Source of the DNA: Vectrevirus PDP21P6
Sequence record: OZ035822.1
DNA length: 44,789 nucleotides
Strand: one strand, 5' to 3'
The first letter of the stretch is position 1. Every line of letters starts with the position of its first letter. The notes under the pieces were generated by a model. That model had not been told where the DNA came from. It saw only the letters and a list, made by a program, of their open reading frames with translations, and searched no databases. Both the position numbers and the translations under genes were made by a program. Of this stretch, positions 17,448 through 26,126 are shown in pieces.

Positions 17448-18170
17448 ATGTATAAATTAGCATTGAATGTAGGTGATTATGTTCGTAACATCAATGAAGC
17501 CTCACGTCGTTATCGTTGCCGTGGTGTAGTGGATCATGTAAGTGAGAACATGTACCATGTAGAATATGATGATGGTATTAAGGCTTCTTATCACAAGAAA
17601 ACCGCACATAAATATCTTGAAAAGATTGTAGAGGTAAACAATCAATGTAAGTGCATACATGATGAGGTTTGCGATAAGTGTGCACGTCAGGTAGTTAAAG
17701 CCTTTACCTTTGCTCAACGTTATGGTTCTATGTATGGTGCTGGTCACAAGACCATTGCAGAAGCAGCTTGGAAGACATTGCAGTTTGAGCGTTCAAATGG
17801 ACGACGCACCACACTTAAGAAAGAGCGCCGCAATGTAATCACTGGTAAGACTCAAAGTGAGATGGTTAAGTTATGTGGTACTGCATTAGGCGTGTCACAG
17901 TTTAATACCCGTGCTCTAGGTAAATCTACAGGTCAAGCTATGGTGAAGATTGGCGAAGCTATGATGCACCCGAATGTACCTGTGCGAATCGTGGATGTTG
18001 ACCATGCAATCACAGAGCATGGTACACCACGCCGTGTAGCTAACAATCATTTTGCCGACACTATAGAAGACATTATCCGTAAGCAAGAGTTGAAAGGTCT
18101 TCACATCTTGAATGGTGAAGAATTATTGTACCTCCCTATCGTTACTGAAGAAACCTACGTGAATATCTAA
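17448..18170 (+). CDS. hypothetical protein
   Basis: ATG 17448 with GGAG RBS; 240 aa; Cys cluster CKCIHDEVCDKC. Confidence 0.55.
   Translation: MYKLALNVGDYVRNINEASRRYRCRGVVDHVSENMYHVEYDDGIKASYHKKTAHKYLEKIVEVNNQCKCIHDEVCDKCARQVVKAFTFAQRYGSMYGAGHKTIAEAAWKTLQFERSNGRRTTLKKERRNVITGKTQSEMVKLCGTALGVSQFNTRALGKSTGQAMVKIGEAMMHPNVPVRIVDVDHAITEHGTPRRVANNHFADTIEDIIRKQELKGLHILNGEELLYLPIVTEETYVNI
18059..18081 (+). promoter_or_regulatory. possible weak phage RNAP promoter inside coding sequence
   Basis: ATTTTGCCGACACTATAGAAGAC keeps the ACACTATAGAAG core but has 3 mismatches in the -9 to -13 region. Confidence 0.3.
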
Positions 18171-18180
18171 GGAGTTAATC

Positions 18181-18408
18181 ATGACTAAAGTATTAATCTA
18201 TAAAGCATACAATGAAAAGTGTAAACGCTATGCAGTTGTAGCGCCTAATGGGGTTAAACCTCTTGGTACAACAAAATGTACAGCACTTCAGCTTGCTAAA
18301 ATGAAAGCTGAAAACCAAATGCAGTATGCTGGCTCATGGACAGAGGCAGAGTTTCGTAAGGTAGTTGATGGTGTTGTTGGTAGTTTTATGGTGAAACATG
18401 CAGAATAA
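18181..18408 (+). CDS. hypothetical protein
   Basis: 75-aa ORF. Confidence 0.5.
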   Translation: MTKVLIYKAYNEKCKRYAVVAPNGVKPLGTTKCTALQLAKMKAENQMQYAGSWTEAEFRKVVDGVVGSFMVKHAE

Positions 18409-18583
18409 ACATAGCCTTAAAATGTTCAATGGTCATGAAGACCTGCAAGCACAAATTACTAACCAAGCCTTCCTGTTTGCACAGTTAACTATGGCTGAAG
18501 CAAAGAAGAATAGCCTGACGCGTGAACAGGTTATCAAGGAGGCAACTTGGGAGCCACACCAAGGTAAAATACATGGGCAATAA
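18398..18583 (+). CDS. hypothetical protein
   Basis: 61-aa ORF overlapping upstream stop by 11 nt. Confidence 0.4.
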   Translation: MQNKHSLKMFNGHEDLQAQITNQAFLFAQLTMAEAKKNSLTREQVIKEATWEPHQGKIHGQ

Positions 18584-18614
18584 ATTAACTGTAACACGCA
18601 GTCGATAAGTCAAG

Positions 18615-18645
18615 GGTTGTCTCACGTGTGAGACAGCCTTTTCAT
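18615..18645 (+). terminator. terminator-like hairpin containing palindrome copy 4
   Basis: GGTTGTCTCACGTGTGAGACAGCC (core GTCTCACGTGTGAGAC at 18619-18634) followed by CTTTTC. Confidence 0.55.
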
Positions 18646-18666
18646 CATATTGATTGGAGGTGCATT

Positions 18667-18774
18667 ATGCCACGTGATTATGATTCTGATTGGGACTACT
18701 ATGACTCAATGAATCCAAAACCCGAACGTTCAGATGATTACTACGAAACAGAGGCAATGTATGAAAACTATTGA
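18667..18774 (+). CDS. hypothetical acidic Tyr-rich peptide
   Basis: 35-aa ORF MPRDYDSDWDYYDSMNPKPERSDDYYETEAMYENY with GGAGGT RBS; overlaps DNAP start out of frame. Confidence 0.25.
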   Translation: MPRDYDSDWDYYDSMNPKPERSDDYYETEAMYENY

Positions 18775-21271
18775 TTGGAAGAAGGAAGCAGAAGGGCGCA
18801 TCCTAGTGATGGACGCCGAAGCTAAAGGTTTGCTTGATGCTATCCGCTATGGCCATCGTGAAGATGTACACATCATTTGCTGCATGGATTTGCTTACTAC
18901 AGAGGAGTTCTTATTCTTTGACCCATATGAGATGCGTGACCCTGAAGCAAGAGAACACCTGAAGGAATGGGAAGGACATCAAGATGGAACCTTGGTTGAC
19001 GGTGTTAACTTCCTGAAGCATTGTGAAGCTATTGTGTCACAGAACTTCCTAGGGTATGACGGCCTTCTCTTTGAGAAAGCATTCCCTGATATTTGGAAAG
19101 GCTTTAACTATACCGAGAAGCGCGGCAAGGGCAGACTCCGTGCTGACCTGTGTCCTATCCGTGTTGTCGACACACTGGTAATGAGTCGCCTGTTAAACCC
19201 CGACAGACGTCTTCCTCCGCAAGCTTATGCCAAGGGCATGGGTAACGTTGCCCCTCACTCAATTGAGGCGCACGGCATTCGTATAGGCCGCTATAAGCCG
19301 GAGAACGAAGACTGGTCTAAACTAACCGACCACATGGTTCATCGTGTACGTGAGGACGTGGCAATCGGGCGTGACCTGTTCCTCTGGCTATACAACGGAG
19401 AATGGACGGAGCACAAACGCCGTGGCGTGAACAAACGCACTGGCCTAGGGATTGAGACAGCCTTCCACATGGAGTCCATTGTGGCGCTGGAGATGAGCCG
19501 TCAGGCAGAGCGTGGATTCCGTCTGGATATAGACAAGGCGTTAGCGCGATGCAAAGAACTGGACGCTAAGATTGATGAGACAGTCGCAGCGTTCCGCCCT
19601 CACATGCCTATGCGTATCAAGTCTAAACCTTTTAAACCGGAAGAAAAGAATGAAGTATGCCAACGCGCAAATGAGTATGGAGCTAGCAACAATATACCTA
19701 CTGTCCTTGACCCCTCTCTCTTTCTTCACACAGAGAGACGAGGAGATCGCAAGACAATATGGAGTGTCACTACTAAGTCTGGTGATTGGTCAGCTAGTGT
19801 CAAGAAAGACTTTCCTCACCTTAGAGGAAACCGTAATGACACGCCAAGCATCAAGTGGATTGGCGCTTACTCGCCTGTTACTTTCGAAGAGATTCCCTTG
19901 GGTAACAGGGATACAGTTAAGCAAGTGCTCTATGATTATGGATGGAAAGGTGTTGAATTTAACGATACCGAGCAAGCGCATCTGGATGAGCACGGAGTAT
20001 TACCCAAACCTTGGAGTGGAAAGATAAATGAGAAGTCCCTTACTTTATGGCAGGAAAGAGCCGCACGTGAAGGTAAAACAGTCCCTGATTGGTGCTTGGG
20101 TATCGCTGAATGGTACATTCTCGTTAGCCGTCGCGGACAGATACTCAACCGTGGTGACGTTGAAGCCTTCGATCAAAAAGGGGCGTGGCCCTCGCAGGCT
20201 GGTGTACGAAAGTGTCGTGGCCTTGTACCTGTAGCATTTAACAAGGAGCTAGGAATCAATGCGCAGCAATACTACGAAAGGTATGGATGTTGGCCTACGT
20301 CTGACAAAGATGATGGAGAGTGGCGTGTGCCAGGCAATGCTGTTACTATTGGTACTAATACGTTTCGTATGCGTCATCGTAACATTGTTAATATTCCTTC
20401 CCGTGGGTTGTATCCTCTACGTGATTTATTCATAGCTAGCAAAGGTAAAATGATACTCGGATGTGATGGCGCGGGTCTTGAGCTTCGCATCTTAGCCCAT
20501 TTCATGGGTGATCCTGAGTATATTGATATTGTCTTGAATGGCGATATTCACTCACACAACCAAGCGAAGGCTGGATTGCCCTTACGTGACACTGCGAAAA
20601 CATTTATCTACGCTTTTCTCTACGGGTCTGGCATACCAAACCTTGCCGCTGTATGTGGCATGACTGAAGCACAGATGAAAGAGTGTGTCGCTCGCTTTGA
20701 AGTAGAGCTACCTCACTTAGCTAAGCTTAAGGAGGGAGTGGAATCTGCTGCTTCACAATTTGGGTACATGCACGCTGTAGATGGGCGCTGGGGTCGTGTA
20801 CGTGTTAGTAATGGTGAGATTAAGATTCACACCTGTCTTAATGTACTCCTCCAGATGACCGGTTCTCTCACTATGAAGTACTCAAAAGTGAAAGCACTAG
20901 CTACCATGCGTAAAGAGGGCGTGGCTCTTGATGCTAATGGTAATCCTGCTATGCTTGTCGACTATCACGATGAGTGGCAGATGGAGGTGCCTGAAGACGA
21001 AGTGTTAGAAATTCGCTACTCTATTCCTTCCTCTGAATGGAAAGAAGAAGAGAAAAGGCAGTATCGTGATAGCGAAGGACGCATGTGGTCTGCTCCTAAG
21101 GTGGTTGAAGGTAATCCAAAAGAAGATGAAGAGGTCACTGTACGTCGTCGTTATCATCGTGCTGGTGAAATCCTAGCTGAGTCTATTACTTGGGCAGGTG
21201 AATATCTTAAGCTTCGTATCCGTATGGATGGCGAATATATGCTTGGATATTCATGGGCTGAGACACACTGA
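18761..21271 (+). CDS. DNA polymerase (family A, T7 gp5-like)
   Basis: ATG 18761 with GAGG RBS; motifs DGAGLELRILAHFM, RDTAKTFIYAFLYGSG, YHDEWQMEV. Confidence 0.95.
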   Translation: MKTIDWKKEAEGRILVMDAEAKGLLDAIRYGHREDVHIICCMDLLTTEEFLFFDPYEMRDPEAREHLKEWEGHQDGTLVDGVNFLKHCEAIVSQNFLGYDGLLFEKAFPDIWKGFNYTEKRGKGRLRADLCPIRVVDTLVMSRLLNPDRRLPPQAYAKGMGNVAPHSIEAHGIRIGRYKPENEDWSKLTDHMVHRVREDVAIGRDLFLWLYNGEWTEHKRRGVNKRTGLGIETAFHMESIVALEMSRQAERGFRLDIDKALARCKELDAKIDETVAAFRPHMPMRIKSKPFKPEEKNEVCQRANEYGASNNIPTVLDPSLFLHTERRGDRKTIWSVTTKSGDWSASVKKDFPHLRGNRNDTPSIKWIGAYSPVTFEEIPLGNRDTVKQVLYDYGWKGVEFNDTEQAHLDEHGVLPKPWSGKINEKSLTLWQERAAREGKTVPDWCLGIAEWYILVSRRGQILNRGDVEAFDQKGAWPSQAGVRKCRGLVPVAFNKELGINAQQYYERYGCWPTSDKDDGEWRVPGNAVTIGTNTFRMRHRNIVNIPSRGLYPLRDLFIASKGKMILGCDGAGLELRILAHFMGDPEYIDIVLNGDIHSHNQAKAGLPLRDTAKTFIYAFLYGSGIPNLAAVCGMTEAQMKECVARFEVELPHLAKLKEGVESAASQFGYMHAVDGRWGRVRVSNGEIKIHTCLNVLLQMTGSLTMKYSKVKALATMRKEGVALDANGNPAMLVDYHDEWQMEVPEDEVLEIRYSIPSSEWKEEEKRQYRDSEGRMWSAPKVVEGNPKEDEEVTVRRRYHRAGEILAESITWAGEYLKLRIRMDGEYMLGYSWAETH

Positions 21272-21281
21272 GTTATACTCA

Positions 21282-21305
21282 AGGTCACTTACGAGTGGCC
21301 TTTAT
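21282..21305 (+). terminator. terminator-like hairpin after DNAP
   Basis: AGGTCACT-tacg-AGTGGCCT (one G-U pair) followed by TTTAT. Confidence 0.4.
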
Positions 21306-21329
21306 GGATAACTTAACTAAGGAAATATT

Positions 21330-21590
21330 ATGATTAAATACACTGCTTATCAGTTAACTAAAGATCGTAAGATAGGTGTTGAGGTTAAAGCTTGGAATGA
21401 AGGACACATCACTGTAGTCATAGAGTGTCGCCAAGATAATGGTATGATATTAAGAAGCTACCGTTGCTTCACCAAATTACGCTGCAAAGATTTAACTGAA
21501 GAATTATTCTTACGTTGTATTGTTGAATCTATTAAGCTTATTAGACCTTACGCTAAGAAAGTTGTAGGCAATGTCACAGTAGTACATTGA
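21330..21590 (+). CDS. hypothetical protein
   Basis: 86-aa ORF. Confidence 0.5.
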   Translation: MIKYTAYQLTKDRKIGVEVKAWNEGHITVVIECRQDNGMILRSYRCFTKLRCKDLTEELFLRCIVESIKLIRPYAKKVVGNVTVVH

Positions 21591-21612
21591 TTTACTGGAC
21601 ACTATAGAAGGA
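21590..21612 (+). promoter_or_regulatory. phage RNAP promoter
   Basis: ATTTACTGGACACTATAGAAGGA, +1 G at 21607, followed by AT-rich CCTAGG-containing leader. Confidence 0.7.
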
Positions 21613-21676
21613 AAGCCTAGGTAACCTAGGTTTATAAGGTAGTATAGGTAATTAAGTAAATATAGGAGATATAAAT

Positions 21677-22054
21677 ATGTCTATGGTAACTACTCTGGTA
21701 TTCGTGGCTCAATACTTTCGTGGCTTGGCGACTAAGTTCAAGAACAAAGCTATTAAGCATATTGAAAACCGCATCTCTGCAATAGAAGACGAGCAAGTCC
21801 AAGTAGAGGAACATCGTAGTTCTCAGATGATTGACCTGCATAACCGTCTGTACAAAGATCGTGATGAGATGCGTCACCGTCATGCGAAGGAAGTTGAAGA
21901 CATGCTTAACCGCCATGCGGAAGAACAAGCTAAGTTGGAAACTACTTTCCATGAGAATAAACGCAGCATTGCATTAGTGCATCAAGCTGCATCTGACAGT
22001 CTGAAGAAAGAGATTGTTATGCTGGAGATTGAACTGGACAACCTGACTAAGTAA
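21677..22054 (+). CDS. hypothetical predicted coiled-coil protein
   Basis: 125-aa ORF with AGGAG RBS. Confidence 0.5.
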   Translation: MSMVTTLVFVAQYFRGLATKFKNKAIKHIENRISAIEDEQVQVEEHRSSQMIDLHNRLYKDRDEMRHRHAKEVEDMLNRHAEEQAKLETTFHENKRSIALVHQAASDSLKKEIVMLEIELDNLTK

Positions 22055-22063
22055 GGAGTTATA

Positions 22064-22360
22064 ATGGAAGAAGTAATTCAAGCTAAACATGTAGGTATCA
22101 TCTTTCGCGATTTAGAGCAGCGTAAAGTTGCAGGTCACACTCGTCTGGCTAAAGAGGAAGACACAGCAATCACTACTGTGGAGCAAGCAGATGCCTATCG
22201 TGGTCCAGAGTTCACTGAAGGTGAAACTTGTCACCAATTGAGCCTGTCACTTTGTGACACTATGGCTAGTGTAAATGTGCAAGAAGTTGAAGACGGTGAA
22301 TGTGTTAGTTACATTTACCCTATCGATACTATTGCACGTATTAAGGTAGTTCATAAGTAA
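22064..22360 (+). CDS. hypothetical protein
   Basis: 98-aa ORF with AAGGAG RBS. Confidence 0.5.
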   Translation: MEEVIQAKHVGIIFRDLEQRKVAGHTRLAKEEDTAITTVEQADAYRGPEFTEGETCHQLSLSLCDTMASVNVQEVEDGECVSYIYPIDTIARIKVVHK

Positions 22361-22381
22361 TTACTGGACACTATAGAACAA
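22359..22381 (+). promoter_or_regulatory. phage RNAP promoter
   Basis: AATTACTGGACACTATAGAACAA, +1 G at 22376; followed by leader hairpin 22383-22402 and TGATTGTGTAGTG box. Confidence 0.65.
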
Positions 22382-22437
22382 TAGGTCGGCTTAGTTCGGC
22401 CTATGATTGTGTAGTGTAACAATAGGAGACTAAATAA

Positions 22438-23244
22438 ATGGCACGTGGTGATTTTGATTTTGGTGCTCAGGTTACTAAAGCTGAAGGTAAAGTATTTAAG
22501 AACCCTGAAGTGGGTGATCATGAAGCAGTAATCTCTGGCATCATTCATGTGGGTTCCTTCCAAGATATCTTTAAGAAAGGCAATACCACTGAAGTTAAGA
22601 AGCCAGCAAACTTTGTTCTTGTTAAGATTGTCCTGATGGGTGACGATGACAAGAATGAAGATGATTCTCGCATGGAACAATGGATGGCTGTGCCTCTGAA
22701 ATCTGGTGACAAGGCAACCTTGACTAAGTTCCTAAATGCAGTTGACCCTAAAGAATTGCTTGGTGGTTTCGATGACTTCATCGGTGAGTGCCTGACTGCA
22801 ACGATGGTTGGATCTGGTGACAAGAATGACGATGGCTCATTCAAGTATGTTAACTGGAAAGGCTTTGGTGGTATGCCGGAAAAGCTGAAGAAACTTGTTA
22901 TTGCTCAGGTTGAAGAAGAAGGTCTGTCTATGACAGGTCATATTACTTTCGACAAGCTGACCAAAGAAATCCTTGATGATATTCCTGCTAACTTGGTGCG
23001 TCAATACTTCCTTAATGAGACACCTCGTGGTAAGAACCTGTCTGTTGCTGGTTCTCACGTAGAAGAAATCATTAAAGCTGCTCGTGAAGAAGACCCTGAG
23101 TGGAAGAAGGCTAAGAAGAAAGATGACGAGGATGCTACTCCAGCTAATCGTAAGTCTCTGGATACTGGCGAGTCTATTCCACAGGAAGTGCCGGAGGCAG
23201 AGGACACTCCTGCACCGGAAATGGATGAAGACGCGGAATACTAA
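22438..23244 (+). CDS. hypothetical protein with acidic C-terminal tail (ssDNA-binding protein candidate)
   Basis: 268 aa, AGGAG RBS; C-terminus ...PAPEMDEDAEY resembles the acidic aromatic-terminated tail of T7 gp2.5. Confidence 0.4.
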   Translation: MARGDFDFGAQVTKAEGKVFKNPEVGDHEAVISGIIHVGSFQDIFKKGNTTEVKKPANFVLVKIVLMGDDDKNEDDSRMEQWMAVPLKSGDKATLTKFLNAVDPKELLGGFDDFIGECLTATMVGSGDKNDDGSFKYVNWKGFGGMPEKLKKLVIAQVEEEGLSMTGHITFDKLTKEILDDIPANLVRQYFLNETPRGKNLSVAGSHVEEIIKAAREEDPEWKKAKKKDDEDATPANRKSLDTGESIPQEVPEAEDTPAPEMDEDAEY

Positions 23245-23250
23245 GGAGGG

Positions 23251-23472
23251 ATGATGAAGGTACAAATCGTAACCCTGCACTGCAAGAAGGGCATTACCAC
23301 CCTTGGCGGAAACACTTTTCACTCCTTCTCTGAAGGGGAGACATACGCCGATCTGCACTACATCTGGCGCGATGGACAGCACGTGGTGAACTATAGCGAC
23401 CCAGCTACGGGGAAACGCCACGGCGTATCACTTCCGGCGCATGACATTGCTCAGGTGAACACAGTTTTATAA
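23251..23472 (+). CDS. hypothetical protein
   Basis: 73-aa ORF with AAGGAGGG RBS. Confidence 0.5.
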   Translation: MMKVQIVTLHCKKGITTLGGNTFHSFSEGETYADLHYIWRDGQHVVNYSDPATGKRHGVSLPAHDIAQVNTVL

Positions 23473-23473
23473 A

Positions 23474-23489
23474 GTCTCACGTGTGAGAC
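23474..23489 (+). repeat. 16-bp perfect palindrome GTCTCACGTGTGAGAC (copy 5)
   Basis: exact palindrome (CACGTG centre variant), 15 bp upstream of promoter 23505. Confidence 0.8.
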
Positions 23490-23504
23490 AACTCGGTGTC
23501 CTGT

Positions 23505-23527
23505 ATTTACTGGACACTATAGAAGAG
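23505..23527 (+). promoter_or_regulatory. phage RNAP promoter
   Basis: ATTTACTGGACACTATAGAAGAG, +1 G at 23522. Confidence 0.7.
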
Positions 23528-23577
23528 AAGAATTTTAATAGGCGATAATGCCACAACCAACAAAAGGAGAATTTAAT

Positions 23578-23949
23578 ATGTTCAAGATTGAAACTATCGT
23601 AAACCGTGTTGTTAAAGGTGCTGCTCTGGTATCCGTTGAGTCTTTCATTATCGTCGATGAAGCTGATCAACTGGTAGCTGGTACTAAGGCTTACGATACC
23701 CGTGAAGAAGCTCAGGCTAAGATTGACAGCATGGGTAACTTCGCTGCTGGTCTGGAGTTCGCTCGTGCTTGCTTCCCTGAGCAGGCTGACAAAGCTCAGA
23801 TTGGTAAGGCTAATATCGTAGCTGAATATCTGGATTGGGTTGCTGCTGGTAAACCAGTGAAAGAAGTTAAGGCTGCTGAAGAAGCTGAAGCTCCAGCAGA
23901 AGAAGTAGCTGCGCCGGAAACTCCGGTAAGCGAAGAGGAAGAGTTTTGA
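23578..23949 (+). CDS. hypothetical protein with acidic C-terminal tail
   Basis: ATG 23578 with AAGGAG RBS; 123 aa ending ...ETPVSEEEEF; own promoter and own terminator. Confidence 0.55.
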   Translation: MFKIETIVNRVVKGAALVSVESFIIVDEADQLVAGTKAYDTREEAQAKIDSMGNFAAGLEFARACFPEQADKAQIGKANIVAEYLDWVAAGKPVKEVKAAEEAEAPAEEVAAPETPVSEEEEF

Positions 23950-24007
23950 TAATAGCAGGTGTTGCCTCTGTTAGTCCTAGCTGACTATCACGCTCACCTC
24001 ATCTAAT

Positions 24008-24041
24008 GCCCTGTCTGCCTTAGTGTAGGCAGGGTCTTTTG
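24008..24041 (+). terminator. T-phi-like intrinsic terminator
   Basis: CCCTGTCTGCC-ttagtg-TAGGCAGGG 10-bp stem with two G-U pairs, then TCTTTT. Confidence 0.65.
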
Positions 24042-24066
24042 CGTAATAGTTATTGGAGAGTGAATT

Positions 24067-24357
24067 ATGCCGACTATTGAAGAACGTTTCCTGATTCACG
24101 TAAGCTTCTCGCCCATACATCTTGGTTATCTTATCACTATTCTATTAGGTGAAGAGATTTATCTGCATAACTACTTAATACCAGAGTATGTATGCCTTCG
24201 AGATAAGATACACCCTGCTAATTGGGCGAAAGAGTGGTTGCGTGAACATGTGCTGAAGGAGTGGCCTACATGCGACCAAACTTCGACTTCGGAGCTACAG
24301 TATCGGAAGACAATAATCTCATCCTGTGGCCAACTGAAGGTAATCGAATCGCTTTAA
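24067..24357 (+). CDS. hypothetical ORF overlapping exonuclease start
   Basis: 96-aa ORF with GGAGAG RBS; overlaps exonuclease by about 88 nt in another frame. Confidence 0.25.
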   Translation: MPTIEERFLIHVSFSPIHLGYLITILLGEEIYLHNYLIPEYVCLRDKIHPANWAKEWLREHVLKEWPTCDQTSTSELQYRKTIISSCGQLKVIESL

Positions 24358-25295
24358 TAGACGCTGATATGTTACCTTACATCGTCGGGTATACAATCAG
24401 TGACATGACTTATGTACGAGCTACAACTCGTGTTAAGTCAGGACAAGTCCCATCAATCAAAGATACCCCTGAGTGTAAGCAAGCGTGTGACCGTGTGAAC
24501 TCCTTGCTTAACTCTTGGGTGTATGCAGCAGAGTGTGATGCTGCTAAGTTATTCATGACGAAGTCAGAAGCTAACTTCCGTGTCCGCCTAGCATTCACCA
24601 AACCTTATAAAGGTCAACGTAAGACCGAGAAGCCTCCATTCTTCTATGAAATGCGAGAGCATCTCTTAGAGGTTCACGGTGCAATCTTGGCAGATGGTGA
24701 GGAAGCTGATGACCTCATGAGTATTGCACAATGGGACAGCCATCGCCGCTTCCAGCAAGATACAGGTAACGAGTTCCCTATCGGTAGTCCAGAGCATAGA
24801 GCATTCTCTGACACTTGCATCGTTTCCTTGGATAAGGATTTGATGATTGTTCCCGGTTGGCATCTACAGCCGGGAGGTGAGAAGAAATGGGTAGAGCCTA
24901 TGGGTTGGCTTGAGCTACGCCGCAAGGCTAATGGTCAAGTGAAAGACCTTAAAGGCGCTGGCCTCATGTTCCATTATGCACAGATGATTATCGGTGATGA
25001 TATTGATAATTACGCTGGCATACCCGGACGTGGTGCTAAATACGCCTATGATCTTCTCAAAGATTGTAAGACAGAGAAAGAGTTGTACATGGCAGTGCTT
25101 GGTGCATACAAGGCTAAGTTCGGACATGGACAAGTTAAGATTAAGAATTACCGAGGTGGTTATCGTATCGGCAAGGCTTTTGACCTGATGCTTGAATGTG
25201 GTCGCCTAGCACACATGGCAAGATTCAAGGGTGATATATGGCGAGCCGATAAGAACCCAATCTTGTGGGGAGATGAAGGATGGCTACAAAGCTAA
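24270..25295 (+). CDS. 5'-3' exonuclease (T7 gp6-like)
   Basis: ATG 24270 with AAGGAG RBS; acidic metal-binding motifs ALIDADMLPYIVGY and ILADGEEADDLMSIA. Confidence 0.85.
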   Translation: MRPNFDFGATVSEDNNLILWPTEGNRIALIDADMLPYIVGYTISDMTYVRATTRVKSGQVPSIKDTPECKQACDRVNSLLNSWVYAAECDAAKLFMTKSEANFRVRLAFTKPYKGQRKTEKPPFFYEMREHLLEVHGAILADGEEADDLMSIAQWDSHRRFQQDTGNEFPIGSPEHRAFSDTCIVSLDKDLMIVPGWHLQPGGEKKWVEPMGWLELRRKANGQVKDLKGAGLMFHYAQMIIGDDIDNYAGIPGRGAKYAYDLLKDCKTEKELYMAVLGAYKAKFGHGQVKIKNYRGGYRIGKAFDLMLECGRLAHMARFKGDIWRADKNPILWGDEGWLQS

Positions 25296-25684
25296 AATCT
25301 TCTGAAGTTGCTGCCTATAAGAAAGAATTGCTAGAGAAGCAGGGTTGGAAGTGCCCTATTTGTGGAGCACCGCTTAAGGCAGTAGCTGAGATTAACCGAG
25401 TGTTAGACCATTGTCATCGCAGAGGTTATTGCAGGGCAGTACTCTGTCGTGGATGCAATGGTGGTATCGGGAAGATAGAAAACTTAGTAAAGACTTATTG
25501 TAAGGCTGGAGATAATGAGTACTTCATTATCAAGACACTGCGGAATATCGCAGATTATCTAGACTTACATAGTAAGCCTCAGACTGATAAGATTTATCAC
25601 AAACATCAAACGGAGGCAGAGAAGCGCGAGGCTAAGAACCGTAAGGCACGCCTTGCTTATGCAAGAAAGAAAACAGGAGGTTAA
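25280..25684 (+). CDS. endonuclease VII-like Holliday junction resolvase
   Basis: CPICG...LDHCH...CRGCNG Cys/His arrangement as in the T4 endonuclease VII family; 134 aa. Confidence 0.55.
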   Translation: MATKLKSSEVAAYKKELLEKQGWKCPICGAPLKAVAEINRVLDHCHRRGYCRAVLCRGCNGGIGKIENLVKTYCKAGDNEYFIIKTLRNIADYLDLHSKPQTDKIYHKHQTEAEKREAKNRKARLAYARKKTGG

Positions 25685-25685
25685 C

Positions 25686-26126
25686 GTGGCTTGCATAGAT
25701 CACGGACATTATAAATGTCTGAATAAACTAGGATATTACCGCTCATGGCACAAGCCTAGTAAGAAGTTACAACTGCTTCATAGAGTGGTCTATGCTGAGC
25801 ATCATGGGTTATCTCTTGAAGCAATAGAAGGTCTAGTGGTCAGACATACTTGTGACAATGCAAGATGTATTAATCCACAGCATCTTATAATTGGTACGCA
25901 GCAGGATAACATACAGGATATGGTAAAAAGAAACCGTCATGCACGTATGATAGGAGATACTAATCCTAGGGCTGTACTTACGTGGGATGTAGTGCGAGAT
26001 ATTCGTGCCAATTATATTAAGGGTGCAAAATCTGGCCCATATTCACGTACAGTCTTGGCAGAGAAGTATGGTGTCTCTGCTGCCACTATTAGTGATATTA
26101 TAGCTGGAAGGAGTTGGAAAGAATAA
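25686..26126 (+). CDS. HNH homing endonuclease (second copy, different subfamily)
   Basis: GTG 25686 with AGGAGG RBS; motif HRVVYAEHHG...VRHTCDNARCINPQHLIIGTQQDN plus C-terminal HTH-like segment. Confidence 0.75.
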   Translation: MACIDHGHYKCLNKLGYYRSWHKPSKKLQLLHRVVYAEHHGLSLEAIEGLVVRHTCDNARCINPQHLIIGTQQDNIQDMVKRNRHARMIGDTNPRAVLTWDVVRDIRANYIKGAKSGPYSRTVLAEKYGVSAATISDIIAGRSWKE

